64,000 nt of DNA from a virus. Every line of letters begins with the position of its first letter. Within the stretch, counting starts at the first letter, position 1. The stretch covers positions 32,001-96,000 of the IMG/VR virus record IMGVR_UViG_3300045995_000108; one strand, 5' to 3'. A program made the position numbers and the translations under genes. The notes beneath the pieces are model-generated. The model did no database searches, had not been told where the DNA came from, and saw nothing but the letters and a program-made list of their open reading frames with translations. This document shows positions 40,562-50,145 of the stretch, piece by piece.

Positions 40562-40564
40562 ATA
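40557..40564 (+). promoter_or_regulatory. T4-type late promoter TATAAATA
   Basis: Exact T4 late consensus; TAAATA core recurs just upstream of genes at 1622, 2218, 10019, 15796, 28316, 30143, 31304, 36914, 38865, 46204, 51104, 58148 and 60515. Confidence 0.75.
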
Positions 40565-40584
40565 TACAAAGACCCGGAATTAAC

Positions 40585-42591
40585 ATGAAAACAACTGAAT
40601 TTATCGTAGAATACGCTGGCATCGGCGACGATGCAGACGCAATGAGCAGTGACCATGAAGTGCAACTAGCCAGACAACAATGCTATAATGCTGCTCGTGA
40701 TGCTATTGCATTGCACCACATACTCAAAGATACACCTGAGCAAGAAAATCTTGAAGATTGGGTTGTTGAAAAACTAACACAAGCTGCTTCTAACTTAAAG
40801 GATGTTATTGAACACTTAGAAGAGCAACGTAACGGCGGCGATGGCGAAGAAATGGACATCATGTCTGCGTTTAGCTTTGAAAGCGCAGAGGCAAAGTATG
40901 CAGAGTTATTAAGCGAGTCCGAACAGATTGATGAATTGTTAAAAATGTCTCCTGCGCAGGCAGACATGGGAGAAAGAATCAGCACGTTAAACAAAGCTTA
41001 TATTTCTGCAAGGAATTTAAACGACTTGGTAACAATGCGAAAAATTAAAGCTCAATTGAGTCAATTAGCTGCGCGAAAAGCATCAATGGCGCCAATTGGC
41101 GAAGAGCAAGTTAACGAACTGTATGCAGACCGTGCAGCAGAAAACGAATGGCATCAACAAGAACGTCCACGTGGACAAGTAGTTGGTGCGCCAGTACAAG
41201 CAGCACGCTCGTTCTTTATAGTGGACCGTGCGACAGGTAAAAAGCTAAAAGCATTCAATGTTCGCTCCGAAGCTGAACGTGCTGCGGCTCGTATGGGTGG
41301 CTTCTCTAAATTTAAAGTTGCTGCTGAAGGCGAAGAAATTGAGAACGATGCTGACCCTATTACAGAATTAAAATTGAAGCCTGAGTTTGCGGGCGATTCA
41401 GGTGAAGGTATTGATATGCCAGCACGTAAGCCAGTTGCTGCAACTCCTGGTGTTAAGGTTACTAAGGTTGGTACAGATACATATCGCGTGTCGTATAAAG
41501 GCAAGTCAATTGAATGCTCGCGTCGTGAAGTACCACATTACAAGCAAGAGATCATGGGCGAAGGTCAAGTTAACGAGTTAGACTCTTCCACTATGAAGTC
41601 GTATATGCAGAAGCGTAAAGAATCACCTATGCCAAAGACAGTGCACAAGGCAGTTAACCAAGCTAACGGTGTACGCTCTGCAAGCGAGAAGATCCACGAT
41701 CAGTTAGTTAAGAAGCATGCCATTGCCGGTGGCGATACTCGCGTTCGCGAAGAGAAAGATGTCCCTGGCTACGCTGATTGGCACAATGCTCGTCAAGACA
41801 AGAAGGATAAGGCAGCAGCTAACCGTAAGAACACTAAGGATGCACAAGCAGCTAAGATTGATATGGCTAAGAAGCCAGTTAAAGAAGCATTTAAGGAAGT
41901 GCCTACACACGGTAAGACAGGTAAGCCAAATGCTAACCATCCTAACTTTGCTAAACACGATGCAGACTTTAAGGCGCAACAAAAAGCAATGCGTCCACCA
42001 GCACAACCTAAGCTAACATTGAACGATGTATGGCGCCAAGTTGAGCATGTCATTGGTCAAATCTTCCCAGACGGCGACCCTATTGACTGGATGGGTCCAT
42101 GGTTGCAAAAGCGTGGCTATAAAGATTTCCAAGTTGGTGACATCATCAACCGTGCTGCCCGCGCAAACGGTTACAAAGACATGTATGCTTACTACGATGA
42201 GTTGAAGCAACAACATGCAGACGATCAAGCTTACGATGCACAAATGGGCGAGTCCGAACAAGTTGACGAACTAAGCTCTGCTACGTTAAAATCGTATGTG
42301 CCTAAGGCTAACCGTTCCCGTGAAAAGGCAACTGATGATATGCGCAAGCAAGGCGGATACGATGCCAAGGTAGACGACAAGATGGGTCGCCGTGCTGAGT
42401 TTACAATGAAGGCTGCTAACAAGCTTAACCAACCAGTTAAAGAAGATGCGTCCGCTGGTGGCACAAGCGTAGGTGGCATTGCTACTGGAATCGCTGGTGC
42501 TAAAGGTGGTAAGCCAGGTACAGGTAAGCCAAAAGAATTAGGTAACAAAGTATCCCGCAAGCAAGTGCAAGTGGGCAAGGGAGTATATTAA
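40585..42591 (+). CDS. putative internal head polyprotein
   Basis: MKTTEFIVE N-terminus; recurrent QVNE/QIDE/QVDE/PVKE sites; highly charged. Confidence 0.65.
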   Translation: MKTTEFIVEYAGIGDDADAMSSDHEVQLARQQCYNAARDAIALHHILKDTPEQENLEDWVVEKLTQAASNLKDVIEHLEEQRNGGDGEEMDIMSAFSFESAEAKYAELLSESEQIDELLKMSPAQADMGERISTLNKAYISARNLNDLVTMRKIKAQLSQLAARKASMAPIGEEQVNELYADRAAENEWHQQERPRGQVVGAPVQAARSFFIVDRATGKKLKAFNVRSEAERAAARMGGFSKFKVAAEGEEIENDADPITELKLKPEFAGDSGEGIDMPARKPVAATPGVKVTKVGTDTYRVSYKGKSIECSRREVPHYKQEIMGEGQVNELDSSTMKSYMQKRKESPMPKTVHKAVNQANGVRSASEKIHDQLVKKHAIAGGDTRVREEKDVPGYADWHNARQDKKDKAAANRKNTKDAQAAKIDMAKKPVKEAFKEVPTHGKTGKPNANHPNFAKHDADFKAQQKAMRPPAQPKLTLNDVWRQVEHVIGQIFPDGDPIDWMGPWLQKRGYKDFQVGDIINRAARANGYKDMYAYYDELKQQHADDQAYDAQMGESEQVDELSSATLKSYVPKANRSREKATDDMRKQGGYDAKVDDKMGRRAEFTMKAANKLNQPVKEDASAGGTSVGGIATGIAGAKGGKPGTGKPKELGNKVSRKQVQVGKGVY

Positions 42592-44753
42592 TGGCTGATT
42601 TACGCAAGCTCATTGCGAGCATGGACAAAATGAACGAAAGCATTGCGCCAGTCGCTAAGACTGTTATTGCAGAAGGCTCCATGCTTAAAGCATTGAACAT
42701 GGTAACCAAGTCTGTCGCTCCCGCTGCTGAGTTAGCTAAAGAGTTTAAGATGTTTAAGGAAGGTTATTGGGACCAAGCAATGGCCAATGTTGAAAAAGCC
42801 CGTAAAGAACGTGCCGGCAAGCCATTCGAGAAGAACCCTGCATCCCACGACGCAAACGGTGTATACAAGGGTGACAAGGACTTAGCTGGGCGCATTGCAA
42901 AGTTACCAAAAGGTGGATTCTCTGACGAGGCACATCCTATTGTTGACGAAAGCGCAGGCGAACCAAGCGTAGATGACATCTTGTATTACTTGACAAGTGC
43001 ATACCGTCACTTGCAACAATACGCTGACCAGTATCAAGACTTCAGCGTTATCTCTCGCGTTTACGACAACTTGCGCTATGACTTAAAAGCTGGAGACTAT
43101 AATGCATTCCAAACTACTTACGAGCAATGCCTAAATAAGTACCCAGATGCTTCTGTTGAGTTGTTTGATGCAATGTTCGTTGAAGCTGGCTTACCAGAAG
43201 AGCAAGGCACTATTGAGCAGTTCATTGAGAAGTGCAGCGGTATGAATGAAGGCATTGGCGATACAATCAAGCGTGGAGTAAAGCAAGTCAAGCGTGGTAT
43301 GCAAGGTTGGGGTGGTGCTCATGGTAAGCCTGGTGAGATTGTCAAGCGTAACAAAGGTCACGATGACAAAACAATTAAGAACTTAGATCTTAAGGGCAAA
43401 ATATACAAGGATGTTGATGGTCCAGCACCTGCACACAGCCCACAAGCATTGCAAAATCGCGTAGTTGACCGTGAAATGAAAAAGCGCGGCTTAGGTGAAG
43501 AAGAGCATAAGTTTGGTCACGAGTTTGCGGCATTTAAAAACCAATTAGAAAAGAAGCACGGGCCAGGGAACGTAAAGTATCAAGGCGACGGAAATGTTAC
43601 TGATGCATACCATGTGAAAACAGGAAAGCACTTAGGCTTCATTGACGGGCAACATGCCGAAATAAGCGAAGGCCCTGCTAATGATCGTTTGAAGGCACAT
43701 GCTGGTGCAATGGTAGACAAGCTTAAAAATGCTGGCAAGAAATTAGTTGCTCCGGTTAAAGATCCTATTCTTGATCAAATGAAGGCTATCACTGACACTG
43801 CTAACAAACGAGCACACGATGCGCAGAACAAAAAGTATGCACCATCTAAAAAGACAGACGAAGCTATTATTCCAGACGGTCCTAATGACAAATGGGGCAA
43901 GGATATGCCTTCTTTTGGTTACAATCCAGAAGAGGAAAAGAAGGATAGCAAATTCTTTAAACAAGCATTTGCAGCACCTAAGTTCGGCGTATTCCGTCGC
44001 GGTGGCGCAATTGGCGACAAAGCACCACACGCTATCAAAACTTTTGATTCAAAAGAAGAAGCGTTGGCTATGTGCAAGCGTTACAACAATTTACTAAGCC
44101 CTGGTGAAAAAGAATACTACGGTTTGAAGTATGTTGTCCGTAATGTCCCTGCGGAAGCAATGGACGAGGCTGATAAGCATTCGTTTGTTGGTAAGATCCA
44201 ACGTGGGCACGAGCTAAAGAAGAAGGTAGACTCTACTTACAAGGATATCGGTGCAGCACAGCAAAAGGGCGACCACCCAGAAGCAAGCAAGGCGTTCCGT
44301 AAGCACGAGCGTTATGCTAACTTAGAGCGCCCAGGTACATGGACTAAGGTTAAAGAAGCAATGCCTGCGGCAGTGGCAACAGCGACACAAAAGATGAACC
44401 CGGGTGCTGCGGCTCCTGCTCCGGTAGCTGGTACAAGTTCTCCTTCCGCCCCTGGCGCACCATCAGCACCTAAGGTTCCGGGCAGTGTAGGCGCAGTTGA
44501 CCCAGCTATCGCTAAAGCACAGCAATCAGCTTACCAAAAGAACATCGCTAAGTTGGGATTAAAGAATGTCAATGCTGCACAAGCTGGTGTAAGTATGCAG
44601 AAGCAAGCAGACGACATGCAAATGAATCCTACTGACAATACAAACAATGCAAAGATTGCAGGTACATTAGCTAATGTACTTAAAGATCCTGCGGGCGCAC
44701 AACAACTAAAAACGCTAACTGACAAGTTTGCTAAAAAGCCAGGAATGCAATAA
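42591..44753 (+). CDS. putative internal head polyprotein
   Basis: Charged modular protein with MNE/IAE/VDE/LGE/ISE/MDE/VKE sites. Confidence 0.6.
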   Translation: MADLRKLIASMDKMNESIAPVAKTVIAEGSMLKALNMVTKSVAPAAELAKEFKMFKEGYWDQAMANVEKARKERAGKPFEKNPASHDANGVYKGDKDLAGRIAKLPKGGFSDEAHPIVDESAGEPSVDDILYYLTSAYRHLQQYADQYQDFSVISRVYDNLRYDLKAGDYNAFQTTYEQCLNKYPDASVELFDAMFVEAGLPEEQGTIEQFIEKCSGMNEGIGDTIKRGVKQVKRGMQGWGGAHGKPGEIVKRNKGHDDKTIKNLDLKGKIYKDVDGPAPAHSPQALQNRVVDREMKKRGLGEEEHKFGHEFAAFKNQLEKKHGPGNVKYQGDGNVTDAYHVKTGKHLGFIDGQHAEISEGPANDRLKAHAGAMVDKLKNAGKKLVAPVKDPILDQMKAITDTANKRAHDAQNKKYAPSKKTDEAIIPDGPNDKWGKDMPSFGYNPEEEKKDSKFFKQAFAAPKFGVFRRGGAIGDKAPHAIKTFDSKEEALAMCKRYNNLLSPGEKEYYGLKYVVRNVPAEAMDEADKHSFVGKIQRGHELKKKVDSTYKDIGAAQQKGDHPEASKAFRKHERYANLERPGTWTKVKEAMPAAVATATQKMNPGAAAPAPVAGTSSPSAPGAPSAPKVPGSVGAVDPAIAKAQQSAYQKNIAKLGLKNVNAAQAGVSMQKQADDMQMNPTDNTNNAKIAGTLANVLKDPAGAQQLKTLTDKFAKKPGMQ

Positions 44754-45544
44754 TGTTTATAAGCGAGCTATTTGAAGGCAAGGGCGATGTCCCTGCCAAC
44801 CCAAAACAAAAGCAAGGTCCTGCTGGCCAGTTTCGTGGCACAGACAAAGCACCTGCTCGCAATAAGTTAGTAGGCGAAGCAACTGGGTTAAAGAAGCGAG
44901 TAAAGATTGTTAAGGGACCAGCTGCTGGTCGCACTGGTTACGTGGGCGAAGTGCATCACGGTCAATTCAAAGGTGCGCCTAAGCAGTTTGTTATCGACCT
45001 TGATGGCGGTGGCAACATTATGTGCTCCAAGGATCAACTACGCTTGATCAAAGATGATATGGGCGAAGCAATGGAGCGTGAGCCACAGTACGCAGATCCT
45101 GACTTCGCTAAGCCTATGTTTGAATTTGGTGATAGCACGGGGTTAAAACCAGGTGCACTCGCAAACCATGGCCTTTTGGGTAATGTCAAAATTTTATCAG
45201 TAAAAGGTCACCACGCAGAAGTTTGCTCTGTGCGTGGTGGAAAGCATTATCACGTAGAGCTATCTAGTTTACGCACTGGACATTTAGACGAAGATACTAA
45301 TCCGCAAGATGAAATCACTATGGATGTACCATTGCTTATTCGTTTGTTAGAGTACGCCAAGGAAGACGCTAAAACAGACATGGATCTGCACAATGTAGCA
45401 GAGCGGTTGATCAAGCTAAGTGGACAAGGTTGTTTGTCTATGGACCAATACGATGCTATCGTTGGTGGTGTAAAAGAAATGGCACCAGGTCGCGAAGCTT
45501 ATGCTGGCCGTATGCGTGTGCCTGGCTTTAACTCTAATAGATAA
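44753..45544 (+). CDS. putative internal head protein with KOW/SH3-like modules
   Basis: MFISELFE; RVKIVKGPAAGRTGYV; ITMDVPLLIRLLEYAKED. Confidence 0.6.
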   Translation: MFISELFEGKGDVPANPKQKQGPAGQFRGTDKAPARNKLVGEATGLKKRVKIVKGPAAGRTGYVGEVHHGQFKGAPKQFVIDLDGGGNIMCSKDQLRLIKDDMGEAMEREPQYADPDFAKPMFEFGDSTGLKPGALANHGLLGNVKILSVKGHHAEVCSVRGGKHYHVELSSLRTGHLDEDTNPQDEITMDVPLLIRLLEYAKEDAKTDMDLHNVAERLIKLSGQGCLSMDQYDAIVGGVKEMAPGREAYAGRMRVPGFNSNR

Positions 45545-46206
45545 TGCGCAAGCAAGAATTCGTCACTGAGTACGAACGCCGCACTGACAACTCTAAGCAA
45601 ATCTTTGCTCAGCTTGAAGAAGCTGGTTATGTATTGCTAGGTGGCGGTCAGGATGCGACAGTATGGGGCAGAGACGAGGGTGAAGTGCTTAAGGTAATCA
45701 TGCCGTCTGAGAATAAAGAAGCAGCAGAAGCAAGCTTTATGTTCTTCTTTAAGCTGTGCAAACGTTTGCGCGGCAACCCCCATGTACCTCGCTTTATTGG
45801 CGGTGATGAATCATTTGAAATTAACGGAACACCGTACATGCAGTTTTCAATGGAAAAGCTAAAACCATTAGAACACAGTAGCATTGCAGAAGCAGCAGTG
45901 TGGATAATGAGTGACTTTGCCAATATGGCTGGAATGAAACTATCCACGCTAGTTAAAGAGGCGCCACGCAATAATTGGTTCGTTGGATATCGTGACAGCA
46001 ATTCTACCCAAGACACAGGTAAAGAGTTTGCTGAAGCAATGCAAGATCCCTCTACCTTTGCCTCTTACGACAAGCTATTTAAGACAATGCAATACTTTTA
46101 CAAAAATGGCAAAGCACAGGGTTTAGGGTGGGACTTGCATACTGAAAATGTTATGCAACGATCAGACGGCACTGTAGTTATTACTGACCCATATTACACC
46201 AGCTAA
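45544..46206 (+). CDS. protein-kinase-like fold enzyme
   Basis: LGGGQDATVW (Gly loop), VLKV, MEKL hinge, DLHTENV catalytic loop, ITDP. Confidence 0.8.
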   Translation: MRKQEFVTEYERRTDNSKQIFAQLEEAGYVLLGGGQDATVWGRDEGEVLKVIMPSENKEAAEASFMFFFKLCKRLRGNPHVPRFIGGDESFEINGTPYMQFSMEKLKPLEHSSIAEAAVWIMSDFANMAGMKLSTLVKEAPRNNWFVGYRDSNSTQDTGKEFAEAMQDPSTFASYDKLFKTMQYFYKNGKAQGLGWDLHTENVMQRSDGTVVITDPYYTS

Positions 46207-46213
46207 ATACTGT

Positions 46214-46312
46214 ATGCAAGGTACAGAACCAATCCCAGGGAATGAATATCCCGTATATCCAGAACAACAAGGCGAAGAGGATCGCAAAATGAATCCTTTC
46301 TCGCCCGTTTAA
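46214..46312 (+). CDS. 32-aa peptide, leaderless
   Basis: MQGTEPIPGNEYPVYPEQQGEEDRKMNPFSPV; ATG 4 nt after TAAATA. Confidence 0.5.
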   Translation: MQGTEPIPGNEYPVYPEQQGEEDRKMNPFSPV

Positions 46313-46313
46313 A

Positions 46314-46405
46314 GACCACACCTTAGGACCTTATGGTTACGTGGGGGTGGCTACTACCCTAGGATGGCTGGCCGGGAATCCAGAATCCTTAAAGTGTAGC
46401 ACCAT
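46314..46405 (+). ncRNA. candidate structured RNA
   Basis: GC-rich intergenic stretch with stems ACC/GGT, AGGAT..CTGG/CCAG..ATCCT and GGTG-GCTAC/GTAGCACC. Confidence 0.4.
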
Positions 46406-46462
46406 TTCTCTTTACTTTTCAACCACGTTAGTGTTATACTAACAAATACTTTAGGAGACTAC

Positions 46463-46756
46463 ATGTCAGATATCGAAGATCAAGACGACGGCGCTGAAGG
46501 CGTTCGCACATTTAACGGCGCAGCAAAGATTAAGCTCACACAATTATTCAATGATTCCCAAACTACATTGCGAGAAATTGAAGACTTGTCTGGTGGCCTA
46601 AACGACACAATCAAAGCTGTCGCGGAAGAACTTGAGATCAAACCTGGCTTGCTCAAACGTGCAGTGAAGATTGCATTCAAGGCTAAACTTGGTGAGACCA
46701 ATAAAGACCATGATGAATTAAATACTATTCTCGAAACAGTTGGAAAGACACTGTAA
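46463..46756 (+). CDS. small DNA-binding protein (T4 DsbA/GapR-like)
   Basis: DTIKAVAEELEIKPGLLKRAVKIA. Confidence 0.6.
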   Translation: MSDIEDQDDGAEGVRTFNGAAKIKLTQLFNDSQTTLREIEDLSGGLNDTIKAVAEELEIKPGLLKRAVKIAFKAKLGETNKDHDELNTILETVGKTL

Positions 46757-47109
46757 TGGCTTACTTTGGGTATCATTTAATGCTGGACTGCTCTGGCTGC
46801 AAGGGGATTGATTCCAAAGAAAACATTCATGCTTTCATTAAGCAATTGGTTCCCGACATCGACATGCTCGCATACGGTGAACCAATTATTGAATATTTGC
46901 TGCCAGGTGACCCGAAGCAAGGCTATAGTTTGATGCAGCTAATCACTACGTCAAACATTTGCGCTCACTTTATGGAACTGGATGGAACTGCTTACTTCGA
47001 TATCTTCTCATGCAAAGAGTTTGATGTTGAGTTGGCCAAACAAATCGTACACCAATACTTTAATCCCGACAAAATGCGGGTCAACTTTTTAACACGAGAT
47101 GCGTCTTGA
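46756..47109 (+). CDS. speD: pyruvoyl-dependent S-adenosylmethionine decarboxylase family
   Basis: GYHLMLD..GC, LITTSNICAH, DIFSCKEFD. Confidence 0.8.
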   Translation: MAYFGYHLMLDCSGCKGIDSKENIHAFIKQLVPDIDMLAYGEPIIEYLLPGDPKQGYSLMQLITTSNICAHFMELDGTAYFDIFSCKEFDVELAKQIVHQYFNPDKMRVNFLTRDAS

Positions 47110-47396
47110 CAGCTTTTATTAATGGAATAGTTAATTGGGCAAAACGCGATTACCATGAATGGCCATTGCGATTTATTTTCGAGGTATCTGCATGGTTTGC
47201 GAGTATTGGTTGTGCGCTGACTATGGCACTCACAATTCCTAACCCTCCCTTCCTTATTCTTTATCCACTATTCATTTCTCAATGTATGGTTTTTGGTTGG
47301 TCAGCTTGGACTCGAAAGAGTACAGGAATGGTCGCCAACTACTTGTTACTCGTTAGCATTGACTCTGTGGCACTGGTTCGTTTATTATTGCACTAA
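47106..47396 (+). CDS. small three-TM membrane protein
   Basis: Hydrophobic; NPP...YP. Confidence 0.6.
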   Translation: MTAFINGIVNWAKRDYHEWPLRFIFEVSAWFASIGCALTMALTIPNPPFLILYPLFISQCMVFGWSAWTRKSTGMVANYLLLVSIDSVALVRLLLH

Positions 47397-47408
47397 CAGG
47401 AGTTTATT

Positions 47409-50144
47409 ATTAGTTACGTAGACGGCATTCACGATAGGGCAAAAGACATAATCCACGTTGTCGAACGTGTGAATGGTGAGCGGGTATACAAAGAGTATCC
47501 CGCTAACTATGTCTTTTACCAAGACGACGCAAAGGGTAAGTTTCGCACTATCTTTGATACACCTGTAACCAGGTTCAGTTCAAGGTCTGGCAAAGAGTTT
47601 CAAAAGGAACTTGCCATGGCTAAGGGCTCTGGTAAGAAGGTATGGGAAAGCGACTTTAAGCCAATCTTCCGCTGCTTGGAAGAAAATTACCTCCATGCAG
47701 CATCCCCAAAGCTACACACAGCATTCTTCGACATTGAGGTGGATTTCCACCAAGAGAAAGGCTACTCTAAGCCTGAAGATCCGTTCAATGCTATTACTGC
47801 GTTCTCAATCTATCTTGACTGGTCAGACAAGCTAATTACTTTGGTATTGCCACCTAAGTCGTATAGCTGGGAAACTGCGGAAGAGATTTGCAACAAGTTT
47901 GAAAACTGTATCCTCTTTGACAGCGAAGAAGAAATGCTTAAAACATTCTACGCTATCATCGACGATGCAGACATCTTAAGCGGCTGGAACAGTGAGGGCT
48001 TCGATATTCCGTACACTGTTATGCGTACTATTCGCATACTGAGTAAGGACGATACTCGCGGCTTCTGCTTGTGGGGTCAACTACCCAAGCAACGTATGTT
48101 TGAACGTTATGGTACAGAGTCAATGACATTTGATACCGTGGGCCGTGTGCACATGGACTATATGCAACTGTATCGCAAGTACACCTACGAAGAACGTCAT
48201 TCCTATTCCCTAGATGCTATTGCTGAGTATGAGTTGGGTGAGCACAAGACCCCATACGAAGGAACACTAGACCAATTGTACAATCAAGACTTTGCGAAGT
48301 TTATTGAGTACAACCGCCAAGATACCATGTTGTTATCCAGGCTCGACACGAAGTTAAAATTCATCGACTTGGCGAACGAACTTGCACATGAAAACACTGT
48401 GCTATTACCAACCACGATGGGCGCGGTTGCAGTTACTGAGCAAGCTATCATTAACGATGCTCACAGTAGAGGTATGATTGTTCCTAACAGAAAGGCCAGA
48501 GATGAACAAGGTGAAACGCAAGCCGCAGGTGCCTATGTTGCTAATCCCAAGAAAGGGATTCACAAAGACATCGGAGCAATCGACATTAACTCCCTCTATC
48601 CCTCGGCTATTCGTGCCCTCAACATGGGACCAGAAACAGTCGTCGGACAACTCCGCCCAATACTGACGGATGCATACTTAAAGAATAAGATGCTGCCTGA
48701 GGTTAAGAACGGCAGGACTTATGTGGGGTGCAGCCTGTCAGAAGCGTGGGAAGGTTTGTTTGGTTCCCTAGAGTACACTGCCGTTATGGACATGGACCCA
48801 AGCGTAGAGATTACGATTGACTGGGAAGCTGACGGCAACAGCACTACACACAGAGCAGACGAAGTTTGGCGTGCTGTGTTTGAAGGTGGTCAACCTTGGC
48901 TCCTATCTGCGAACGGTACTATCTTCCGTTACGACAAGAAGGGCATTGTGCCTGGTTTGTTGGAACGTTGGTACTCTGAACGTAAGGAAATGCAGGCTAA
49001 GAAGAAAGCTGCGACAGAGAAGGAAGATATTGCTTTCTGGGATAAGCGTCAGCTAGTTAAGAAGATTAACTTGAACAGCTTGTATGGTGCTCTACTTAAC
49101 GGTGGTTGCAGGTTCTTTGACCATCGTATTGGACAGTCTACTACGCTATGTGGTCGCGTTATTGCACGTCACATGGATGCACACGTTAACGAGGCAATCA
49201 CTGGTGTTTATGATCACTTAGGTGACGCTGTAATCTACGGTGACACTGACTCTGTTTACTTCTCTGCTTGGAAGACGATTGAAGCAGATGTTAAAGCAGG
49301 CAATATGACATGGGACCGTGATACTTGTGTGCAACTGTACGACAAGATTGCAGACTCCGTTAACGACAGTTTCCCTACGTTCATGGAAAAAGCATTCCAT
49401 TGCCCACTTGAGATGGGCGGCATCATCAAGGGCGGTCGTGAACTGATTGCGTCTCAAGGATTGTTCATTACCAAGAAGCGTTACGCTGTATTGATTTTCG
49501 ATATGGAAGGTACACGCTACGACTTGATGGACGAAGCAACTGCTAAGAAGAAGGGTGTTATCCCGCACACAGGTAAAGTAAAAGCTATGGGCTTGGACTT
49601 GAAGCGTTCTGACACACCTAAGATCATGCAAGAGTTCTTGATGGAAATTCTGACTGACTTGCTTACTGACAAGGGCAAAGACCTTATCATTGACAAGATC
49701 AAGACGTTCAAGCAGAAGTTTGCTGATCTTCCAGCATGGGAAAAGGGCACACCAAAGCGTGTCAATAACTTGACAAGCTATGGGCAAAAGGAAAAAGACT
49801 CTACTACTGGTAAAGCTAACATGCCAGGTCACGTTCGCGCAGCTATCAACTATAACAGACTGAAGCGTTTGTATGGTGATAATGTGTCGCAAAGTATCGT
49901 GGACGGTATGAAAACTATTGTGTGCAAGCTAAAGGATAATCCATTGGGTTATACTAGCGTGGGTTATCCAACTGACTTGGCGCACGTACCGCAGTGGTTT
50001 AAAGAGTTACCATTCGACCAAGACAAAATGGAGATGACTATCGTGAACCAAAAGGTGGAAAACTTGTTGAGCGTACTTGACTGGGATATTACCGCAAGTA
50101 CGGACATTAACAGCACCTTTGAATCATTGTTTAGTTTTGACTAA
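47409..50144 (+). CDS. family B DNA polymerase (gp43-like), probable ATT start
   Basis: DIEV exonuclease I motif, DINSLYPS, KINLNSLYG, YGDTDS; SD AGGAG 6 nt before in-frame ATT. Confidence 0.95.
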   Translation: MSYVDGIHDRAKDIIHVVERVNGERVYKEYPANYVFYQDDAKGKFRTIFDTPVTRFSSRSGKEFQKELAMAKGSGKKVWESDFKPIFRCLEENYLHAASPKLHTAFFDIEVDFHQEKGYSKPEDPFNAITAFSIYLDWSDKLITLVLPPKSYSWETAEEICNKFENCILFDSEEEMLKTFYAIIDDADILSGWNSEGFDIPYTVMRTIRILSKDDTRGFCLWGQLPKQRMFERYGTESMTFDTVGRVHMDYMQLYRKYTYEERHSYSLDAIAEYELGEHKTPYEGTLDQLYNQDFAKFIEYNRQDTMLLSRLDTKLKFIDLANELAHENTVLLPTTMGAVAVTEQAIINDAHSRGMIVPNRKARDEQGETQAAGAYVANPKKGIHKDIGAIDINSLYPSAIRALNMGPETVVGQLRPILTDAYLKNKMLPEVKNGRTYVGCSLSEAWEGLFGSLEYTAVMDMDPSVEITIDWEADGNSTTHRADEVWRAVFEGGQPWLLSANGTIFRYDKKGIVPGLLERWYSERKEMQAKKKAATEKEDIAFWDKRQLVKKINLNSLYGALLNGGCRFFDHRIGQSTTLCGRVIARHMDAHVNEAITGVYDHLGDAVIYGDTDSVYFSAWKTIEADVKAGNMTWDRDTCVQLYDKIADSVNDSFPTFMEKAFHCPLEMGGIIKGGRELIASQGLFITKKRYAVLIFDMEGTRYDLMDEATAKKKGVIPHTGKVKAMGLDLKRSDTPKIMQEFLMEILTDLLTDKGKDLIIDKIKTFKQKFADLPAWEKGTPKRVNNLTSYGQKEKDSTTGKANMPGHVRAAINYNRLKRLYGDNVSQSIVDGMKTIVCKLKDNPLGYTSVGYPTDLAHVPQWFKELPFDQDKMEMTIVNQKVENLLSVLDWDITASTDINSTFESLFSFD

Positions 50145-50145
50145 T

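Noticed and set aside
46314-46405. tRNA gene
   Set aside because: No cloverleaf, no TTCGA T-loop and no acceptor stem found.
47409-50144. Intein or intron in the DNA polymerase
   Set aside because: Length is normal, motifs are contiguous, and no splice-junction or LAGLIDADG signatures are visible.
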